Made by a program: the position numbers and the translations under genes
Shown: positions 10,863 through 21,209 of the stretch, piece after piece
Layout of the letters: every line of letters starts with the position of its first letter
How positions within the stretch are numbered: position 1 is the first letter of the stretch
The notes under the pieces: model-generated
The model's input: only the letters and a program-made list of their open reading frames with translations
Databases searched by the model: none
What the model was told of the DNA's origin: nothing
NCBI GenBank assembly: GCA_024626585.2
Contig: JANKJI020000002.1
Location: 197,094,790 to 197,115,998, forward strand
Reading direction: 5' to 3'
From: Ginkgo biloba
Taxonomy: Eukaryota > Plantae > Ginkgophyta
Length of the DNA stretch: 21,209 bases

Positions 10863-12929
10863 ATCCTATTGATATCTAAACAAATATATAACCATGCTAG
10901 ATGAGTTATATTATTATACTAATAACTGGACTTGTATCCTCTATGATAGATATTGTATGAATACCAGAATGTGTATGTACCATAGATATAATATAATGGT
11001 GGATTATTTCATTTCATCTCAAAATCCATGTTCGATTTGCTATATTATTCCCTGACTTTGACTAGTATACTAGGTGGAATCTCTTAACCTTACATATATT
11101 GACCTCCTTAAGAGAAAACCTCATTCTTATTCATGAAAAAACAATAATTAAAATGATCCCATAGGTTTAAATTTTGTTTAGGTTGCTAATAATACCACTT
11201 TTCTATGACCAAGGCCTAAAGTACTCTTGTAAATTAATTTTATGATTTATAAATTCATTGCTTAAATTCATTATCATTATTAGTTAAAATTATATGTTAC
11301 ATAAGTATATATTATGATAAACATTATTTAAAAATTTATTCCCCACTTATTGAATATTTATAACTCATTCTCATTCTTTAGTTTTTGGTTTTTTAATATA
11401 CCGAGGACCATTTTTCACCTTATAATATTACTCCTATGAAAAGATACATTACTATATATCTGTAAGGTGAATCACATAGAAACATATATAACCTTATAAT
11501 ATATTGATATACACAGGAATATTTGTATAATAAATATGAGAGACTACATCTAAGGCATGTAATAATGACACCAATTGGATGAAATACAACATGAAAATAG
11601 GATGAGAGACTACATGAGTAATTTTCCTTATTCCATTCAAATGTTAATACATCTATAGTTTGATATTCACCTAATTATTTAAAAACATCATAAAATTAAT
11701 ACATTGTATAATAATTATAAGGAAAATTATTATGGATACAAAAATATTGAGAAATAAATATGGGAATGTTCAATATAATAAATTAGAATATGGATCTTTA
11801 CCAAGATCGATTTAAAGATCTAAATAAATAGTTCAAAGAAACCAAGAATAAACTTAAATAAATATACTTCCTAGTTGATAAATTACTTGAAGAGAAACCT
11901 CAGGTGTAACAATAAAGAGCTAACACATTTGAAAATGTAAATAAACCAAAGGATTAGTCAATTCGNNNNNNNNNNNNNNNNNNNNNNNNNNNNNNNNNNN
12001 NNNNNNNNNNNNNNNNNNNNNNNNNNNNNNNNNNNNNNNNNNNNNNNNNNNNNNNNNNNNNNNNNNNNNNNNNNNNNNNNNNNNNNNNNNNNNNNNNNNN
12101 NNNNNNNNNNNNNNNNNNNNNNNNNNNNNNNNNNNNNNNNNNNNNNNNNNNNNNNNNNNNNNNNNNNNNNNNNNNNNNNNNNNNNNNNNNNNNNNNNNNN
12201 NNNNNNNNNNNNNNNNNNNNNNNNNNNNNNNNNNNNNNNNNNNNNNNNNNNNNNNNNNNNNNNNNNNNNNNNNNNNNNNNNNNNNNNNNNNNNNNNNNNN
12301 NNNNNNNNNNNNNNNNNNNNNNNNNNNNNNNNNNNNNNNNNNNNNNNNNNNNNNNNNNNNNNNNNNNNNNNNNNNNNNNNNNNNNNNNNNNNNNNNNNNN
12401 NNNNNNNNNNNNNNNNNNNNNNNNNNNNNNNNNNNNNNNNNNNNNNNNNNNNNNNNNNNNNNNNNNNNNNNNNNNNNNNNNNNNNNNNNNNNNNNNNNNN
12501 NNNNNNNNNNNNNNNNNNNNNNNNNNNNNNNNNNNNNNNNNNNNNNNNNNNNNNNNNNNNNNNNNNNNNNNNNNNNNNNNNNNNNNNNNNNNNNNNNNNN
12601 NNNNNNNNNNNNNNNNNNNNNNNNNNNNNNNNNNNNNNNNNNNNNNNNNNNNNNNNNNNNNNNNNNNNNNNNNNNNNNNNNNNNNNNNNNNNNNNNNNNN
12701 NNNNNNNNNNNNNNNNNNNNNNNNNNNNNNNNNNNNNNNNNNNNNNNNNNNNNNNNNNNNNNTAGGGAAGCAATCTCCTTATTTAAGACATCTACTATAA
12801 TATCATAGTATATAACATGTTAAGAAATATATGGAATTTTATAGACTTGGATAACATATAAAAATAGAAACCATGGTTTCTAATTATAACGATATTTGGC
12901 ACACTGGAATACATGCCTTGGTTTGATTC

Positions 12930-13629
<700 letters not shown>

Positions 13630-15126
13630 TAGTCGTAAGATTCTCATTATAATCTATTCATCAAGAATGATTCAAGTTACATAGTTGAAAAAAGTCAAAT
13701 TATATTAAGATATAACTTGGAATTTGGGCAAAAAATAACATCAACACAATTTATTTTGAGCATGTTATGGCTAATACATTATTTACACCAAAGGTCTAGA
13801 TAATATCTTAGAAATTGATATTTTTTTTAGACATCACATGTGATGCTAGGTTATATGTTAGAATNNNNNNNNNNNNNNNNNNNNNNNNNNNNNNNNNNNN
13901 NNNNNNNNNNNNNNNNNNNNNNNNNNNNNNNNNNNNNNNNNNNNNNNNNNNNNNNNNNNNNNNNGTAGATTGCAACTCCCTATTATTCCAATTATGCTTG
14001 ATCTTATTTAATTTTAATATTTTCCCATAAAATGATAGAATACTTAGGATAGAAAAAATTCCCAAACCTTAGAACTAGGATCTCTCTTCCACATTTTATT
14101 CTACTTCATCTTATGCAGTATTTTGTTATAAGTTCTTTATCATACAATGGAAAATACTAACAAGAATTGTTATATATTACTAGTTACTAACCTATTCCAA
14201 GCTATTATAACCAAAATATTTCTAAAATAACCGCTTTGCAATAAGCATGGCTATAAACTAAAAATCATTCAATCACTGCATTAATAAATGATTTAAAAAA
14301 TCCTATACATTAGAAGTTGGCATTTACAAATTCATAGAAATTAATATCTATCCTCACTAGTTCTTTAGTTTAAACTACATAAACATTTAAATAATTTCCA
14401 AACCTAAAATTCTCTTTGAATTACATAGGTAAAGGGGAATTCATAAACTCTAAAATCATTATAATGGAATGGAGTTACCAACCTTAGAGGACTTTAGAAA
14501 ATACCAAAGGTATTAAGATTCTAATATACAAGTAAATCTAATGCGACTCTCCCTGCAATATATATTATGTCTTCTTTTATTCTCTTTGTTTCAACTATTC
14601 CTCTTTAATAATTTTAATTATCTATGAATCATATGGATAGTTTTATCATGGGATATCCATATATTTTTATAGTTTTAAAATGGTTTGCAGTTTCATATTG
14701 GAATAATATAAGGGTTATGGACTTAAAAGGAATGATTATATCCTAAATCCCTATATTTCTTATCAATAATATATTTACTACCTCTTGTCAACAATAGGGC
14801 ATCCATCCCTAGGAATTACTTTAATCCTGTCATAGGTATCATTGTATTTATCATTATTACTAACTTACTCCTTTGTTTACTTTCTCTAGAGACTTTGTAT
14901 ATACTTGATCTTCATTATAATTTTATTGGAGGTTTATAATTAGTCTTCTTTGTTCATATTCACTAAACATAATTCTTATGGGTTGTTTACTCTCTTAAAT
15001 AATTATTGTTAGTGTCTTTTGGAATTAACTTTCCTTTTTAAGAGGTCATTCTTTCATCATTAATGACACATCATTTAAAATTATGGATGGTTTTTTATTT
15101 TCTAATGTGTACCCACCCCTTTTCTA

Positions 15127-15313
15127 TAGTTAGTGTTCTTACTATTTATACATGCCACATGAAAATTTATAATCAACTATGTTATGTTCATACTACATGA
15201 AATTATTTTAATAAATTAGGACTAGGCAAGTACATTATTCTTTAAAGGATGTACTCATTTTAATAGTTATTATTCTTACTAATTATACATGCCACATGCA
15301 AGGACTAGGTAAG
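15127..15313. repeat. Old tandem duplication (period 137 bp) with an internal indel
   Basis: TAGTTA.T.TTCTTACTA.TTATACATGCCACATG at 15127-15161 and 15264-15298. AGGACTAGG.AAG follows at about 15218 and 15302. Confidence 0.75.
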
Positions 15314-15609
15314 ATGAACTCAAGAAATATATGTAGCCATTGAAGGTTGATTTTCAAGAAGTAAGTTGAATGGAAATATTAATAACAGAAACCATCCTTT
15401 TAAAGGAATTATAATAAAAAAAAATTCTANNNNNNNNNNNNNNNNNNNNNNNNNNNNNNNNNNNNNNNNNNNNNNNNNNNNNNNNNNNNNNNNNNNNNNN
15501 NNNNNNNNNNNNNNNNNNNNNNNNNNNNNGTAATAGTTTCTATTTTTATTTATACAATTGAAAACTAATTTCTAACTATTTTAATTTATATTTAAATTAA
15601 AATATTTAT

Positions 15610-16830
15610 TCATGAATTTACTTCTCCTTAATACATTAAATATTACTATCCAAACACTTCTCAACCTCATCAACCATAGTCTTCCCATAGACAAATTATC
15701 ATATTTAGATCCACCAAAAATTATTATGGAACTTTTGAAGTATTATTTTCTTCATTTGCTACCTAATTTTAGTGTGTCTTCAATATATTTATTCCCTAAT
15801 CTTAGGTTCTTATAATAACCATAATCCCATATAATCATAATATTGTCTACTTTGGATCTTAAAATCTTGTATAAAATGGCATTAATCTAATTAATGGATA
15901 AGGAATATTCCATATAATTTTGAAGTTTATTCTATAATGCACCATCAATAACACTCACTAAAAATCCTTTAGAAGAAACAAATCTCATCATCAAATGTTA
16001 AAAAGCATTGGGACCTATAATTTCTCCCATTATAGCTTTATCATATTCATTATAATATTTAATGTTGTTGTTATTTTAGTTTGTATCTTGTAGTTAAATC
16101 ATAATAAGGTTAAAACAACACACTAAATTTCCTCTATTTGTATTTTAATCCATGGCTAATGCTTACCATCAACAAATATATATAAGAAACAAGGTTATCA
16201 TACAATTAGTCTTTACATGGTATTTTCAAGATAAAACTCAAGATATATGATCCATTTGATAGTGGAAAACATAGCAATAATATACATAGTAATGCCATAT
16301 ATCAAAATAATATTCATATCTCCACCTAAGAGATAATGACCCTACAACCTACGTTAATGTTGGATAAAAAATTAAGACTATACATTAATATTGTTAAAGG
16401 TAAAATTCACCTAGAGGTTATTTATGACTATAAGTAGGAAGCCAAGTGTAATCCACTCACATCACTATATAGGAAGGCATCTAAGAGTTTTGGATTAGGA
16501 TATATGAACTCTATTCTATAATGGATTTCCCTGAACCCTAATAGTTTTTGTCTTATTCTCAACTTTATGTATGCTTGTAGTTATATATTTTAAGTAATAT
16601 TAGAATTTATTTAACTCTTGTATATTTTATTTACTCTAAATTCATAATAACCCCCAAAAATAAGTTTGATAGTTATATAAAACCCTAGTAATATCGAACA
16701 ACTAAGTTGCCTTGAATCCATATAAGTACTTAGAAAGAAGATCTAAGTATAAATTTCCTAATAATAATCCTTTCCTTATTACCAAATGAATAATTTCTCA
16801 AATGATTCCTTCTTTAATAAAGACAATTTT
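15610..16830 (-). mobile_element. Heavily decayed L1-type LINE, reverse transcriptase and post-RT region
   Basis: Minus-strand motif remnants occur in L1 ORF2 order, with stops and frameshifts. TSIHKVENKTKTIRV resembles YKII.K.LA.RL (about 16535-16582). YIIAMFSTI/NGS resembles FS.LING (about 16250-16290). F*HLMMRFVSSKGFLVS resembles L..F...SG..VN (about 15955-16005). YMEYSL resembles YLG.PL (about 15900-15916). ICLWED..VW resembles FLW...V.W (about 15645-15700). No intact YADD was seen. Boundaries are approximate. Confidence 0.55.
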
Positions 16831-19800
16831 TATAATTTTGTAATTTTATAATAGGTATTCTTTATTTTATAATGGGTTTCCCTCTACCTTGTTGTGGTTT
16901 GCTTTATTTTTAAGTACTACCCATTTGCATTATTATCAGTCCTAATGACAAATACTCTATCTATTTTCAATGGTTTATAAACCTAAATAGATTATATCAT
17001 TGTTTAGACATTATATTCAACACATATTGATCTTGTACCTACCTTTAGATGGCCATGGAAAATGTGTCAAATGATCCTTAAGAGATTGTGCAATAGCCAA
17101 CAACCCAATGAGTTTAAGATTGTGTTATAAATTAATTTTATAATAGATATATGTGTGTATGTGTGTGTATAGCCATTAGAACTTAATATAACTCAATTGT
17201 TTTAATTTACATGAATCCTGCAAACATAGATATCCATCCTATTACTAGTAGGAGGTCTCAACCTACTAGTGATGAGCCAGATGATGGATACAGGAGATAA
17301 CACTTTAAACATGGGGTCAATTATGTAGTAATTATGACTNNNNNNNNNNNNNNNNNNNNNNNNNNNNNNNNNNNNNNNNNNNNTGTGCATGTTTTATTAG
17401 AGATATTTGTTATACACACGTGTAGTTAGAGCATTATTTTATGAACTTAGGTATGCACTATACATGAAAATTATGTATTTATATATATGTACATTATTTT
17501 CATATATAAATACACGTGCATGTGCGTACACACACATACACATTTATGAGAGATAATTTCTTATTATACATCATAATTTTTTGTATAAATTATTAAATAA
17601 TCAAGTGATTTTTTTTTTCTTTGNNNNNNNNNNNNNNNNNNNNNNNNNNNNNNNNNNNNNNNNNNNNNNNNNATTATTTCCATATGATGCACTTTATTTA
17701 AATGAATTTTATGTCACATACACACATATCACATTAATATGCATGCACATTCTCATATATTCTTATGTTGTAATGTTATACATGCATGTTGTATTCATAT
17801 TATTTATACTTGATCAAGTTTATATAATATACTTTATTAATTAATATCCTTCAAATAATTATTAAAAATATTGGAATAAGAAATGATATGTGCACTTATA
17901 TATATTGTGATTATATGGAAAATTAAATATAATTTTATATTCTTATAATCACCCACTTAAATATATCATGTCAAGCATGTATATTTATTTTACTACTTCT
18001 AGGATTATAGTACAAAGAATTACACATTTTATATCATATCTAAGTTGCTTGGATTTAAGTCTCCAAATAATCTATACATGTAAGGTGAATGCATTTGAAT
18101 GTGATGTGAATATAAAGTTGAACATATTGATTTGTGAAGTGAATTATANNNNNNNNNNNNNNNNNNNNNNNNNNNNNNNNNNNNNNNNNNNNNNNNNNNN
18201 NNNNNNNNNNNNNNNNNNNNNNNNNNNNNNNNNNNNNNNNNNNNNNNNGAAGGCATAATTGAGTAATTTACTAGTTGATATTAATAAGGGTATATTATCC
18301 TAAATTATAGTATATTTGATAAAATTGGAGATATAAATTAAAAAAACATACTTGGCCATGTTTACACCATCAGTTATTTATTGTTTAAAATCTTAGTATA
18401 AGCATTCAATTAATAATGCTTGGTTGATGTAGTAGGATTCAATATATAATCTATGCAGAATATAATATAAAAAAGGACTTGCTAATGTTGAAATTGTTAA
18501 AATTTATCATCGAAGGAGGAGAAGATACATTTATAAACTTATGTTATACCCAAATGCAAAAGAGAAGCACAAGATGAAATCAAGGTTATGGAGAGAAAAA
18601 ATAATCAACACACAATTTCAAGCCATATCATTCTATGATAAGACTCATCTATCACCCTAGTATATATAACTATAATTATAGATAGTAAAATTATTTTACA
18701 TATTTTAGTTAATGTAATGCTCTTGATTAAAGGCAATTATATAGACATCTTTATCTGATACAACCATAGTATTTATCCTCATAAATAGCGTGTGCCTAAG
18801 AGATTTTTGTCTCTNNNNNNNNNNNNNNNNNNNNNNNNNNNNNNNNNNNNGTAGATCCTAATAACTAATATGATTACACAAGTCATATAGTTTCCCTTAC
18901 ATAGTACCTGTAGCACAAATTGGGGGTCTCCTAGATGAAAATCATGTAACAAGAGATCACCTATGACTCTAGAGATAGTATTTGGGTAGAATAGGGTAAG
19001 TCATGCAATAAATTCACTTAACAATGCCCTTTATGTAATTATTTTTCCACAATTAATAAAGTAATCCACCTAACCTTGTTTGAGTGCAGGTCTTTAGCGG
19101 ATCTAGGAAATTTTGATGAGTTTTTTTAGATTGATCATCCTTTTCCACATCTCACAAGATCCATTCTTGCCTCTCCATACCCTTTTTGTACACATAAACT
19201 CTATGGAATTTTGAGAAAGCCTCACATCGTTAAAGTGCGCCATAAACCTATGATATGGTGGATTAGTGCACTCTATCACAGTGCACAAATTTGTGATACC
19301 ACATAAATGCACGTATTTCCATGATTTATCTTTGTAAATATATGTATTTATACTGTGGAGGCCTTTTTTACTGAAAAAAATAATAAAATCATGAAAATCC
19401 AAGCGATTGGTGTTTTGTTCGATGATCCTTGGTTCACTTTATCACCTAGTTTCCTAAAATCCTGACCATTGGATCTTCTAAAGTGTCTTCCATCCATAGG
19501 CTCAGTTTCCCTTTAGAACTGAGCTNNNNNNNNNNNNNNNNNNNNNNNNNNNNNNNNNNNNNNNNNNNNNNNNNNNNNNNNNNNNNNNNNNNNNNNNNNN
19601 NNNNNNNNNNNNNNNNNNNNNNNNNGTAGGGGAATCAATTGTTATTTCTTTTATTAAATTAAAATCATGCTTCAACGTGCAGTTACATAGAAAGGGGGGT
19701 TATGTTGCTTATTTATTTACTTATTCATAGTAGAATCACCTCTTTCACTAGCACACATGAAGCACACATGCATACATGCATTTGAGGTACTCTATGGAAT

Positions 19801-19959
19801 ATCCTTGTACCTCCTAGCTTTTGGTTAGATCATTTTAACTGAGTTGGGAGGATAACTTCTATTCCCCAAACTACATTACCTAACTATTATAGGGTCATAA
19901 TCAAATAGACCTACTTAATCAGGTGCTTTGCAAGTTATAACTAAAAAATTATCGTCATT

Positions 19960-20890
19960 ATTACCTCTTGAGGTTATTCCTATTCCTAAAGGAAATAAAT
20001 AATAATACTATGATATATATACTATTTATATTGATAAAATATCCCATTCCTATACCTAATAGTATGCCTATGGTACTCCTATTCCATCACAACCATGTGT
20101 CAAGGTGACGTTGCATTTAGAAAAAAATTGTGAAAGACCACTAATTGAGTAACTAAAGAAAAGCATTATTGTTATTGAATAACATAAAGATATTATAGAC
20201 CACAAATAATAACCATTTAACATTTTTGATAGAGCCTCTAAATAATCTAAATCCATTTCATCATTTTCCCAACATTTAAAGAAACCATAAGAATCAATAG
20301 ATGATGACTATTTTAAAATTTAATGATAGATTATAACATATTTCCACCCATATTCTATTGACTCAAGCTATTAAAGTTACACATATATATGCATAATAGG
20401 TTTGCAAGTTATGTTTTATGAGTAAGAAGTGAAGAAAGGACCCATTTAATATCAAGGTTGTGGGAGTTATATTTCATGTTCTACTTAGAATATAAACTAT
20501 TCAAAAATATGAACATACAAGTACTTGACTAGTGTATGTATCCATCATTGACATCATGATTCCCAAGGTGCTTAATGACTTAGGGTATTTGATTGATATG
20601 ATGATAATAAATACTATAAAATAACTTGGCCTAAAATGGTTTTGGAAGATTTATATTATATTTTATATTGAAGATAGATCTAGAGTATAACCAAAGGGAA
20701 TTCTTGATGATGTTCTTATTTTAGTGGATAAATAGGAATACCCATANNNNNNNNNNTTGTCACTCTTATATGCTAATAAATACCTTTAAGGATTCCCTGT
20801 TATTATTAGTAGACCATGTATTATAATAACTTATTTAGCCATTATGTATAGAATGGAGAAAATGGAATTACACTTGGTACCAAATAGAAA
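19960..20890 (+). mobile_element. Decayed Ty3/Gypsy LTR retrotransposon, gag C-terminus plus aspartic protease (Athila/Tat-like DLGA type)
   Basis: One frame from 20352 to about 20880, read through stops: ILLTQAIKVTHIYA**VCKLC..RKDPFNIKVVG..KYEHTST*LVYVSIIDIMIPKVLNDLGYLIDMM..LGL..EDRSRV*PKGILDDVLILVDK*EYP[gap]..GFPVIISRPC. This is colinear with the recalled consensus IPLLQAIK..IYAK..LC / KY.DPG.P / LIDLGA.IN.M / LADRS..P.GI.EDV.V.VD.WEYP / PVILGRPW. Upstream, LPLEVIPIPKG and VTLHLEK resemble LPSQP.PNPKG and ITLRSGK. Confidence 0.85.
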
Positions 20891-21209
20891 TATTTAATTT
20901 TGTTTAGAGATATACAACTAATGGGTGTACTATTAGAAGAGTAACTATAATGGGTTTAATTAGATGAGGATTCAAATGGGGATATTGATGGTTACCAATT
21001 TATCACTTCCACTTGAATGAAGAAGATGAAGAATACATGTATCAAACCATGTAAATGGGTATGTATGAAACTTTAAAAGAAGGTGAAAAATATACTAAAA
21101 TATGTAAATTATTGTAGGGGGATATTCTAAATTTTTAACAAGATCTAAAACTTTCATTAACCATATTAAATAACAAAGGTAAAAATTTATTTCCATACCC
21201 TAGGGATGA

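Noticed and set aside
11417-11615. Short duplicated words (ACCTTATAATAT and ATGAGAGACTACAT, twice each)
   Set aside because: Only 12-14 bp in very AT-rich DNA, with no larger structure to support a feature.
6533-12773. Long ORFs at 6533-7310 and 11958-12773 and other X-rich ORFs
   Set aside because: They are open only because they run through N gaps.
16308-16337. Minus-strand LLGGDMN resembling the LINE endonuclease GDFN motif
   Set aside because: It lies inside the inferred RT motif order, where an endonuclease motif cannot be. Treated as chance.

Overview
Gappy (many N runs), AT-rich land-plant genomic scaffold. It has one real gene, a + strand MIK2-type leucine-rich-repeat receptor kinase with signal peptide, about 24 LRRs, a TM helix and an RD kinase (2582-6085 visible). 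Its LRR exon is split at 3310 by about 650 bp of non-coding DNA plus a 100-N gap. The last kinase exon is not visible and probably lies in the 6592-7265 gap. Upstream are a W-box/WT-box/ABRE cluster and a compound CT/CA/GA microsatellite. The 14 kb downstream is CpG-depleted and has no intact ORF. Reading through stops shows decayed transposon fossils: a clear Ty3/Gypsy gag-protease, a probable L1 LINE reverse transcriptase and a possible PIF/Harbinger transposase. I found no evidence for a new multi-gene system. The best lead is the in-register interruption of the receptor.
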